Below are positions 46,930-59,200 of a stretch of DNA of 64,000 bases, in pieces. Both the position numbers and the translations under genes were made by a program. The stretch lies in NCBI RefSeq assembly GCF_052425735.1, contig NC_135760.1:22816001-22880000 (forward strand), given 5' to 3'. Origin of the DNA: Oculina patagonica. Taxonomy: Eukaryota. Position 1 is the first letter of the stretch. Every line of letters starts with the position of its first letter. The notes below the pieces were generated by a model. It did not search any database and was not told the DNA's origin. It saw nothing but the letters and a program-made list of their open reading frames with translations.

Positions 46930-48057
46930 GGACGAGTGGACGAATCTTCAGATTGTCTTATATGACGTTTCAAGTGGAACCTTCAACTCATGCAAAGGAC
47001 GAAATAAATAATTTATATGGGTTAACAGCTGCTAGCTGGTTCTAAAAATTGACAAAAAATACAAAATGTGGAAATGATCGCTCTTATTTCACGAGAAAAT
47101 TTGGTTAAGTTCTCCTTTAGAAGAGGTGATATCCTTGTCTGTCGCTAGCTTAGCTTAATTGGAAGAATATTTAGAAAGAGTTTTGACAAGCCGCCGAAGC
47201 ATTGTTCTTCTTAATAATGAGTCAGTTTAAAGCAAAATCTTTCTCCGCGCACTTTTATTTATATTGATAGTATTGCATTTGCTTTTCAAAATGCATTTCA
47301 AGTTGCCTGGTGCACCGCTTTGAGAAATAGAAAAAACTGAATTTTTTTAAAGTACTTCGTGAAAAATTGTACCCTGGACATGTTTCTATATTTCTATTTT
47401 AACTACTCAGGTGCTGCTATTCTTAAGCACGTTATTGTTACATGGGTTGTAAAGGTAAATTACAAAGAAAAATTTTAAAATATTGAAAATGTAAAAAAAT
47501 GTATAAAATGCAAAAAGGATTCTGTCCGTACTGTATATGAAGACAACTAAAAGGCAGATCTATTTATCCGCTGTAAAATTATGTATAGCTCTTAAGTTCC
47601 GTTAGAAGTCGGTTTAATGTTTAGTTCTGGTTTCTATAATGTAACTTAAGGTATTTGAACAGTCGCTGTATGAATAATGTTTATAAAAAATCAAAGAACA
47701 AATAATCTATCTCTAGACCTTATAATGTTTATATCAATCAAAGAACAGTTAATTGATCTATCTGTACTTAAACTTGTATAATAATGTTAAAAAGCTGTGG
47801 TGCCCCTTTCTAGTTGTAAATAAGAAGGGTTTTGTAAGCTTTTCAGTCTGAATTTTTGTGAAATGGCCCTTGGTAATTTCCCTGAAATGGTTCTAAAAGG
47901 TTAATTTATAAACCAAGTATACATGAGGTTGCTGTAGATATAAACAGAATCCAAAGGAAAAAAAGATTGTCTTTATATTTTTAAATATGCATGGGTGAAG
48001 AAACAATTAAACGTCATATGAAGCTTGATTGTGTTTGTTAAGTGTTGTGATTGAATA

Positions 48058-48350
48058 TACACCTGATTGAAGAAACGTTGACCCGTGAAAAGCCTAAACG
48101 ATAAACGATGCTACCCAAATGTTTACAGGGAAATCCGAATAAAGTAATCGTCTTCTGTGACGGAACGAGCATTATCACACAGCAGGTTGCATACAATGCT
48201 CTTAAAGCTCTCAAAGAAAATCATGATTGCCTTGATTACAAATAAATGGCATAGTATAAGGCTTACCAATGCTGTTAACCCATAATCCCATTCGGTTTTA
48301 TCGTTCATGGTTTAAGCTTTTCGCGGGTCAACGTTTCTTTTATCAGGTAT
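48058..48350. mobile_element. Inverted-repeat element, possibly a decayed PLE end
   Basis: acctgattgaagaaacgttgacccgtgaaaagcctaaac ... gtttaagcttttcgcgggtcaacgtttcttttatcaggt. Confidence 0.45.
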
Positions 48351-49092
48351 TAATACTTTTGAGTCTTAAAGACCAATCACCTAGAATTGAACCGATCCTG
48401 CATGTATTTTTCGGTGCGGAAGTTGCTGTATAACCTCTGAGTAAACTATACGGGGTGGCTCCGCCCAAAAGGGGTGCCTTTTTAAGGCCGGAGGTTTATA
48501 AAAGGGTAAGGAAAAGTGCCTTTTAGGTATTTAAAAGGGCCTTCCAAAAATATCTTGAACAGACCCACCGAACGGTTGAGTGGGTATTTTATGGGGTTAT
48601 TCACGTAAAAAGTAAAGAAATAGATGTAGGATCCCTATTATAGGTATGTGGAAAGGATACCTTTTCGACCATTTGCTATCAAAGGTGTTCTGTTAAAATG
48701 GTATTTAAAAGGGTAAGGGTTTGGAACTCGTGGCGGAGCCTCTCCGGAATAAAAGTGCCTGACGGGGTAAAATGGGAACTGGGATTCGCCTATTTGGGAC
48801 CTTTAAACAAGGAATGTACAGAAACTCGACAATGCTTCTTGTGACACGCGGCAAAAATGGGAATGGGACTGGGATTTGAGCACAATTTGGGCTGGGAAAT
48901 GGGATTTATACTCCCCTATCCCCCACTCCCCCTCTTTCGGGACCCTCCATATAAAATATTTTTCAGCAGCCCCGGGAGTCACGCGAGATTGAAAGTGAGA
49001 CGTCACGCAATTCAAATCATAAGGTCAAGATTTCAGTGAGTGCATCGGAATAAAAATCTCTACCGTCCTGAAGCCACTCACGCCAGTTCAAG

Positions 49093-51436
49093 ATGGCACC
49101 AACAATAGTCTCAGGTATTGTAGAACTTATTTACCCTAGAAATGTTTTACAGTTTGTATGTATGGGAGTAAAGTGCAGACCCCGAAGGCACTTTCCGTCT
49201 CCGGTATTAATTAAGGGAAAATGCTTTATGACTAATATGCAACCTGATGTTTACAGGTACATGTAACTCTCCATCAGTCGACATGTTACTGCAGAAATTA
49301 GTACCACCTTTTAATAATGATTCATAACCAAGGCAGAAAAAGGTGAATAAGAAAACTGGCACCCAAGTGGCCTATTTTTCCCTCGGCCGTTTAGGCTCTC
49401 GAGCTTCTCTGCCTTCGTCTCGGTAAAAAATTATCCGAAATATTCAATCGGATCTGTTTGATTTCGGTTACTTTTGCACCCTTTTACAACAGTGCTCTTT
49501 CAGTTATAAATTAATCGTCAATCGTATTGTTTATTCCATTTAAATGTTGATTTGTAGGACGAGAGCAAGGAAAAAAGTGGAAATCATATAAGATCAAGAA
49601 AGAAAGTACTGTAAGGAGCAAACGTGTAACTCGAAACCAGTTGAAAGGTGATCTTGCAAGTCACACAACGACCCGTTACAAAGCAAAGTCAGGCAAGAGA
49701 TTCTACAATTTGAGGCCACGAAAATCTACACAAGGTAAGTTATTGAGTAAGGGTGCGAACGAGCTATTTGAACCCAAGCAAGCGAACAAGCTATTTGTAA
49801 CCTTAGAAAAGTCCGAGAGAGAGGCCATCGGTGTTAAGACCCAGTGTGGACCTAAACAACCGCAACGCTGGAAGCAAAATGCTTGCAACGCACTGCGCAT
49901 TTTGATTGCACTCAGCTTTTGCTTTAAAAGATGTCGAGGTTGGTGTTGGGTTCAATGAAACAGATTGGACAGCAAAACGCGTACGCAGCAAAACTCAAAA
50001 AGCGGGACGCTGTAAAAGGGGGACAGGACGGGACGGGACGGGACGGGACGGGACGGGAAAATCCCAGAGCCCTCGCTCCTACTGGTCAGCGACACGGACC
50101 ACAAGGAGTAGGTACGTTTTATTCAGGTTTATTAGTGACATTTAATGTACCAACTGATCAGGATATTTCTGCGTCCCTCTTAACCTGAGATCATGCCTTC
50201 CCTCCCTCAAAAAGAACGCCTGATCGCAGGTTAGGTCCCTCTTGGGTACTGAGCTTTGTAGCATTAGTTGTTTTTCACCGTGAAATATATGTTTACGAGA
50301 ACACTGATTTCAATCAATCACCACTACGATGTAAACAAATCAAGGGATTTATAAAGATAAGGTGATAGGGCTAAATCACGCAAGGAGAAAAAACTGTCTC
50401 TATACCAATATTAACTTGAAAGAAATGCAGAAGATTTAAAGGCAAGTAGCTTTATCACTTTCTGGCTAAGTCTTGTTGAGTGTTAGTTCATTCTCGATAA
50501 TATCACCAAATTCATGTTTCTTAAGTAACCCAAGCTCCTTCCTGTTTACAACGAACGACATAAATATTCATTTTCGCTATCAGTTCTAACTGTATCATTC
50601 TATACCAAAACCGATACCCTTTTGACACTATGACGAAAAATTACAGTAATCGTTTTCACATCGTGACACCAATATCTTCCCGCCAAAACAGCGCTACATG
50701 AAAATGGGGGCAGGAAGCGGGTATAGAAGGGCTGCAACCATCTACTCTCGCGTTCTTGTGCGTTGAAAACTATAGAGGCTGTAAAAAATCTAATACTGAA
50801 CGTAAACTATAATCAGCATGATTTGGTTTAAAAAGCAAACTTGCAAAACTAGAAAGACTTTTTAAAATAGGAGCAAACTTGCAAATATGTTTTTTGGAAG
50901 AATTCGCAACAAAGAGAAATCATATAACAAAGTTATTTTGGTCTCTTGAAAAGTTGGTTTAGTTGATGTTAAAGCTCTCGTTGGAGTAATGACATGTTAT
51001 TAAAGCGAATTTCAAAAATTCGCGTTAATTTTATTTTTTACATGTTAATTAAAAACATCTAACCAGAACTTTTCGCAAATTCGCGTTAATTTTATTACGC
51101 GTAAATTTTGTTCGCGTTGTTAAAATGCTTCGTTACATTCCTATAATAAGGTATCTAACATTTTAAACTGATCGGCACGAACATTTTGGTTTACAGGTGC
51201 GCTTAAAACAGAGGTACGCTTCTGTTGGCAGTTTACTTAGTTTTAATGTACAGTACTTCAACACAGTCGGACCATAGGAAATCCAACAATAATGGATTGA
51301 TTTTGTAGAACAGTATTTGACAAATGACAGGAGTCAATTAGAAAGTGAGGATGTTAACTATGGGACATATGGTGTGGATAAAAATGGATTTCATTGGATA
51401 GGCTTGAAAAGTGAGATTCACGTGTATATAGCTTAG
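49093..51436 (+). CDS. Small Lys/Arg-rich protein; exons 49093-49114 and 49558-49734, then probably 51197-51213 and 51314-51436 (3' exons uncertain)
   Basis: CAAGATGGC start; CAG|GTATT, TTTGTAG|GA and AAG|GTAAGT sites in phase 1; MAPTIVSGREQGKKWKSYKIKKESTVRSKRVTRNQLKGDLASHTTTRYKAKSGKRFYNLRPRKSTQG. Confidence 0.55.
50020..50057. repeat. (GGGAC)n simple repeat
   Basis: gggacaggacgggacgggacgggacgggacgggacggg. Confidence 0.85.
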
Positions 51437-53266
51437 CTTCACCTTCTTTGAAAAAAAAAAGCTTTTGAAAGGTCTTGTAACAACATTTGGCTGAAGTTAT
51501 CAAGTCTTAATTTAAAAAAAAAGGTTAAACTGGGGAATATTCTGTTCTGTTTTGCGCTAAACTGAGTTTCAGGCTTTTTTTTATACAGGAAGGCTTGATA
51601 CTCAGGCTAGTTTTGAGCCCATGCCATACGACAGCGCTCGTCGTGAAATGAAAGCCGCCAACTCTCCGCAGCCGTTACACTTGACTTAGTACCGAACGTG
51701 CATATCAATTGTTTTGCCCACACACTAAAAACAGCTCAAGGGCATAAGTCGCCTGCGCTATAATTACCATACATGTTATGAAATTAGAAACCCTGTATTG
51801 ACCGCATCGTGTAACAACAGCTCAATATCGCTAACTTTATCCTATTTTGCTCGCGTCGTCACCGTAATTCGCAGCTGAGGTCTTGAGGCGCGTCCACCAA
51901 ATACTCAATTCCACTGCCTTCGCAGCTACCTCTCTTAACTAAACGTTTCCAAAAGATTAATTAAGAGGTAAGTTCAAACTAAAACAAACAATCTTATAGT
52001 TCGGTGGTTTCTGTTAGAGCTCTGTAACATGGTGCAGGTTTTACGCGCAGGTTGCGTGTTGCGAAAACAGTTTTACTAAGAGTTTTGTGATTTCCAATGT
52101 AGTGGTTTCACTCGGTTGTTGTATTGGAAGTTGCCTCAACAGAATTGTATTCTACTTTTAAGCCGAAAATGTTTCAAAAGCCATGCATTTCTTTGTAAAA
52201 TTTAACTGTCTCTCGATGTAGCAGTTAACATTTTGACCAAAAAAATTCATTAATATAATATTGAATCAAAACTATTCAATTATTTGAACCATACTGCAAT
52301 TACGTTCTCGCATGACAGATCGAGCTAAATTGTTATCTGGCGGAATCGTTCTACAATTTTAGAAAAAGCTTTCCATAAGTTAGTACATCTTGCTTTTACT
52401 CAAGATTACAAATATTCGCTTTTCAATGAAATGGCGCGCTTTTGTAGAGTAACATTACATTTTAGTCCATAATCATGTGACATTTTTAGTTCTTGTTAGT
52501 AAAGTCCTTGTTAAAGCTCCGCACATCAACACTGGATACGCTCAGCGTGCGGGAAGAACAGTTTACATTCCGCAAAAATCGCGTGAGGAAATAGTTATAA
52601 AAACTTCCGCGCGCTTCACCTCGAGATTGGATTTCTTGTTGAAACTTCTATTGTAAACAAGCGCGTTCTTTAAACGACTCCTCTACGTCATTCTAGAAGG
52701 ACTGATTTTAAGCAATAACTACTTAACCGAATATCATTTTTTTCGTTCTCAGAATAATATAATTATTATGCTGCAGAATATATTGAGTTGTACGTGCCAA
52801 TGCACGATCCATGCATGATAGTTGTTAACCTTCCCTGCTTACGGGGTCAGCATAAATACTTTAAACATTTTTCTAGTCTAGTCTTCGTCAATTTTTTTTT
52901 TCTAAGACGGTCATCCTTTAGTAATTTTCCCTCCACTGTAGAACAAGGAATATTAAAGTAGTTCCCAGCTAGACCGGATGAAAGAGTCAATTTTGTGGTT
53001 ATTTACTGCGGAAGCAGGCAATTTGAGGTTATGTGCGGGCTACAAGCGAGATATGTGTGACCATAGACTTAAGCTCTGAGAGATAATTTGAGTCTGGCCT
53101 CTTCTTACTCAATAAAAGCAACATACAGACTTGCCAAAAGTTCCCACGACCGATGAGGTTGTTTAAAAGTGACCTGTTAATTGCTTTGTAAAAGAATTTA
53201 ACCTATTTAACCTATTTCAATAATCTGAATTCTGCAGAGCTTGACAAGTTTAGAAGTTCGGCAAAC

Positions 53267-56200
53267 ATGGGCATCTTTCGCGACCAACTCGAGAACTATT
53301 TGGTCCGAATGGAGGAGGAACTGGACAAAACTATCAACTTCTGGCTGGATAACTCCGGCGATAAAAGAAATGGGTAAGAGAATTAACCGTGAAGATTGTT
53401 TGAGTTTATTTAAAGAGATATGGATGATTTACCAACCGAAACAAAAGGCCGTGAAGACCGCCTTTTATTATTAGTTGCTTGTTTTGAAATTAGGGCAAAT
53501 TATTCCATGTGTTAGGCCTTGCGCAACTGGAAATAACAATGTTTTTGGTGGTTTATAGTTCGGTCTTCGATTCATGTTGAGTTTTCACACTGTGAGTTAG
53601 TTGTTCAGGTATTTAATCTTGCAGTAATTAATCAAAATTGGACGTAACAGATCTTAATTGAAAATTTCATGTCAAATTTCGAACATTTAACTTAAACATA
53701 AGTACTGAAAGTTCAGATATTGAATTTTATGATTTGTTACGTGTCAAATCTATAAAATTCTAAAGGCTTGTCAAATCTTGAAGTATCCACTTAATCTAGA
53801 CATTGTTGCCGTATAACTCAAATTGTCGCCATTGAACTCACATTATAAGAATTTAAATGTATTGTACATCTTTTACAATTCTTTGTTACTTAGTGTAAAG
53901 AATATGGTGTAGATATTGTCGCTGTTAAAATGTCATACAATTTGAATACGTCGTAGATGACGTTCCTATATCATATTGGTCCGAGTACATAACTGATTAA
54001 TGCTGTCCTAAGATATTATGACGGAATCCATCAGGAAATGAGTAATATTAATATGAGTTGGACAAAAATAGAGTACTTGAATAATTTGAATTCTATTGCG
54101 TTATTTTCTAACCTAAAAGCTAAAGATGTTAGTAATTATCCGTGATAGCACCAACAATAATTTAAAGGCACAAGAGAATGAATTTTAAAGTTCACAAGAA
54201 CCATGTAAACTGTAGGTAAAATCTCACGTGTAGCTATTTTGTAAAATGTCGTCTTTTAAGCGATTCAGTGGAATTCAGTGGAACTTCGAAATTTGTTTTC
54301 GATGTTTGGTGTTGTTAGAAATGATTTTTTTTTGATAAGATATTTTTAAACAGTTACACAGAAGTTTCCAATAAAATGTAAATAATTTTGGTATATAGTT
54401 TTGTCCAATAAATACTCGAAGTCCTGGCGGGTTCCGTCTTTAACACTTACTTTCAAATTCGGAATTCGCAAAAGCTTGATAATTTTAGCACTCATGTCCA
54501 ATATGGGTGTTGAACGCGATCCAGGTCAAAACCAACAATATTTACGCTTATTTTACCCGGTGTCCACGGCAACGTACGAAGTTGGAACCATTTCAACATT
54601 CATACGGTTTAAGGCGCTACAGGTCACGTCGTTTTAACCATTTTTGGAATGAATTACGAATTTTGCAATCCATTTCTATTAAGCTCTAGGATTTATGTAG
54701 TGTGAAAAATGCATCAAACCCGACGTGATTAAACATGAATCCGACGGATTAAAAGCCTCACTCATTTTTTAGCTTTCAAGAAATTACCTTTTAAGCAATG
54801 AGAGCCACAAAATAATACATAACTTTGGCAGAAAAACACCAAAGAGCCAAAGAGGAAATAATAAACCCCCAAAACAAGGATGATCAAATGCGGACAAGAT
54901 TGAGAAAAAAAAAACTGGGGCACATTTTTGAAGACGCGACATCCGACTCTAGCCTCTTAAGCCGTCTGATCCCTTACCTTGTAAAGTTGACATTAGCTTT
55001 TAATTAAATGATAAGCGTTGTGTTTGTTGTTTTTGGATTGCAGGGGTTATTACGTTTGTCTCGACCGAGATGGCAAAGTTTACGATGATTCTAAGTACGG
55101 CTGGCTTGAAGGCAGGCAGGTTAGTCGTGTTGAACTTGTATTGTATCTTCAAAAGGTAACTGATCATCGGTAAAACCAAAAGTAACTTATCACAACTGGC
55201 CAGTTATAATTAACGCAAGTGCCTTGCAATAAGCCAATCAGTGCCAAGCGCGGGAAAACGCGGTGAGGCAAGTCGCAGTTGGTTTTTGGGTTTGCAATTG
55301 CTTCTGATTGGTTACAAAAAAACAGGCAGTTAATTCTGATTGGATGGTCAACAGATGAAGATGTCAATACTGGAAGAGATATTAAATAACCCTCAGTAAA
55401 GCTTTATGTCGCATAAACCAACTTGAACACTAACATATGTAAAGAGAAGACCCAACAAGTAGCTAATAACATAAAGGCTGAAGAAATATTTGAAAAACAA
55501 ATGTTACCTTGTTAATAATCTCGTTGGTGAAAGTTGTCTATTCCTGAGTGTAGTGAATTGGGGGTCATAAATCGTACCCTATTTTAATGTCTAGCATCGA
55601 TTACAGAGTCGTTTTTTTATATTGTAGGTATGGATGTACTCCAAACTTTACAACGAAACTTGGAAATATGGCAAAGTAAAGGTCTTAAAAGCTGCATTAT
55701 CAGGTACCTGGGATGAATTCTTTTTAATGACGACACTCGTCAATAATTTCTTCCAAAAAATTATGACAAAGGAACACAAAAACAAAAAAGTTACAAAGTT
55801 GAGCTAGTATAACTTTCAGATAATAACAGCAGTTGTCCCTCTTATATTAAACATTTGGTCTTCTATTAATCTTAGCAACTATTCTGAGCGGAGTGACACT
55901 TGCACTATTTACAGCAATGAAATATTCATCAAATCTACCCCGGCTTAATATTCAAACCCTTTATGAGCTGAGAGCTTCTTGGACTACTAGCGCCAATACA
56001 CCCTGCAGAAAAATAGGGGACTGTGAACAGTCTAGTGTGGTGGATGTTTGAGAAAATTCTGAAAAAAGTTGTATGGCAATCAATAAGTAAAACAGTAGAA
56101 TCAGAAAATTTGGATGAATCGTAGCTAAGTGGATTTTATGTCGTTTTAGGTGGCGAATTTCTCCTAAATCACATCAAGAGACCTGAAGATGGACGATGTT

Positions 56201-59200
56201 ATTTTCAAGTCACAGCTGAGGGACAGCCAATAAAGATTCAAAGGACGCTCTTCACAGAGTGTTTTTATGTGATTGCAATGGCTGAACTGGCGCGAGCAAG
56301 CAATCTTTCAAAGTACAAGGTACGAAATCTAACACTACAGATTTTGATCATGAAACTGAAGTCTTGAATTAAATAATTTAATAAACGTGCCCTTTGATTG
56401 CATGAGTCATGTTTTTACAAAACGGGTTTATGACATTCGTAAAACCAAAACTGAGATGAAAATATTTAACCAACCACAACGCGCCTAATGACCGCAATAA
56501 ACCAATCAGAGCTTGCAGTTAAACTTGCAACCCGCGGCAAGCGCGGGAATCGTCGAGAAGCCAATTCTTGATTGGCTTTGGATTTGCACTTGACTGGCAC
56601 CTGATTGGCTATAAACCAAAAAGCACGTGTTTTTGGTTAGAACAAGTTGCACGAGCATTTTGAACCAATAACTGCTAATGACCAATAACCAATGAAGCAA
56701 AGATTGCTTTTCCCAGTCGCGTGGTGATTTTTATACCTAATCGTACCTTTTTGGTACGCTTCGGCTGCATATCAGGCGAGTTTGGTCGAGCCATGGTTCG
56801 TATTTTGGCGAGACGCAGTCGAGCCAAAATACCCATGGCGAGACCAAACGAGCCTGATATGCAGCCGCAGCGTACCAAAAAGGTAGGATTAGGTATTTAC
56901 CGTACCCAAATTCAGCCAAAAATTCGGTTATATTTATCGCTCTGTTGAAGCCATGCTTGCATGGTACGCACCACAAATTTTGTTAAATTTATCTTCAACA
57001 CCTTTGCCAAGTTCCTCTTCTGCCTTTTTTTTCTGCTCGTTTGTTTAGAGTTTCATTCTCTAAATTTTCAAAATCCAACTTAAGCGAAAAATTTGGAAAT
57101 TCCGACTCCATTTTTTTCAGTCTGAATGTCTCAGTACTTGTCGGCAAACATCGCGCAATTGGCGAGCGCGCTCAACTTAAGTTTGGCTGGAAGGTTTTTC
57201 TCTTTTTACGACCGCTAAACACCGCTAAATTTAAATTACGAAGTTCTGCATTATCATGTGGTAAAACGTCTTTTTAATTTATCGTTCAGAAAAACTACTT
57301 TACATCAAAGTGACCGTGATATGGTGGCATATCAGGTCAGTGACTTGATATCGTAGGATATCAGGACAGTAGATCGCGCTTCTGATTGGCTACTTGCGAA
57401 TTTGGGTACGGTAAAGAAGTAAAAAGCGATTCTACTTCTATAAAATTTCCTGCCCAACAATTTCGGGGCTGGACACACTGTTCATTTCAGACAAAGCGTG
57501 CAGCATTGTGTTCCCGACTTAAACTCAACTGTTCACTGCTTTAGTTACTAGATAAAGCAGAATTTGGCTGCTTTTATTCATCTACATAGCCTATCCCGAA
57601 CAGAAATGTAAAAATGACCAGCTAAGGAGAAAACAAACATCTCCATTTCAGGACGAAGCTTTGAGAATGTTATCTCTAGTGACGCACTGGGCACGCGTTG
57701 ATGACGCAGACTTAGGCCGACCCAAGCTGTCGGGTCAAGAGGCGGCAAATCCTCTGGCTGTGCCAATGATGTTGTTGTATGTGATTGATGAGGTTTGTCG
57801 TGATGACGATGAGCTCCGTCAAACGTACATTGAAGATGAAGACTGGGCAGTACAACGGATGCTGAAACACTTACAGGTAAATAAGTGATGAAAGACTGGC
57901 CTGCCTCGACTAGCAATTTCTACCTGCGGCGGAGTCTAGTATAGGGAATCTTTGTTAACAATATTTGCATCATTAACATAAGCGCTCAACTTTCTGATCG
58001 AGCTACAAAAATATCAATTCTGCACATTGAAAGTACATGGTACGATTAACTTTCGCTATAAGTTTGAGCTCGCTGTTTTTAATACTTTTTCTGTGACGCT
58101 GGTTTGAAACTTGATATTTTACAAAGAATGTATGGGCTCTCTAGCGCTTTTGCCACCCAAACATTTTGCAGCATTTGGACACTAAAATCTCCTTGAGTAT
58201 TGCACACAAAGAGATGAAACTTTCGCCGTTAATTAAGTTTCAAAAGCTCTTTAAATATCTGGAGTCACTTTGTATATAGCATAATGCCTTCTCTACGCAA
58301 AGTTGTGTGCTAATGCGAGGCAAAATGTAATTCATGACGTCATTAGAGATCGCCCTATTTGACGTATGGGAGGCAGGGTGGCCTAATGGTTAGAGCGCCG
58401 GACTCTGGATCGAGCGGTCCGAGTTCGAGCCCCGGCCGACGTCACTTGTGTTGTGTTCTTGGGCAAGACACTTTACTCTCATAGTGCCTCTCTCCAACCA
58501 GGTGTATAAATGGGTACCGGCGACATAATGCTGGGGGGGTACCCTGCAATGGACTAGCATCCCATTCAGGGGGGAGTAGAAATATTCCTAGCCGCTTAAT
58601 GCTACGGAAACCGGGATAAGCTCCGGCAGTGTGTGCCGCTCGGCTCGTGGCTTCTCCTCTATTTGACGTCACGGCTACGATTTTCGTTTTATTAAGCCTT
58701 CCCCGTCGATCTTTTTGGCTGCATTTTCAGGCGGAGTTTTCAGTACTTGGCCCCGGTTGTTCAAAGGATGGATAATGCTATTCACTGGAAAGCATGGTTT
58801 GTTTTGTTAACACTAATCTACTGGATAGCGATTTATGCAGTGGATAGCGTTATCCCACCCTTTCAATAACCGGGCCCTTGTCTACGTCAGTCTCATCCTC
58901 GGAGACCCAGGGGCAGTTAGTGGGGGCGGGGGAAAGTCTATACGGGCGAAAAAAAAAAAATCGGCGAAGAAAAGTCAAGAACTTTTTTTCGTTCTTGACT
59001 TTTCTTCGCCGATTTTTTTTTTCGCCCGTATAGACTTTCCCCCGCCCCCACTAACTGCCCCTGGGTCTCCGAGGATGCGTCAGTCTGCAAACTTCAGGAC
59101 TTTTGAGTGCACACAGTTTCGTTGTTTGATTGCTGTGGTAAGAAGAGATAATTCACTAAACGATTCTCTATTTAGTATGTAGGCTTATTTTTACTTGACT

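Noticed and set aside
52978-53017. Alternative RENBP first coding exon MKESILWLFTAEA with a GC donor
   Set aside because: Phase-compatible, but the donor (GCAATT) is weak and there is no other support
56675-56976. Mirror-image ORFs on both strands
   Set aside because: Artefact of the palindromic repeat
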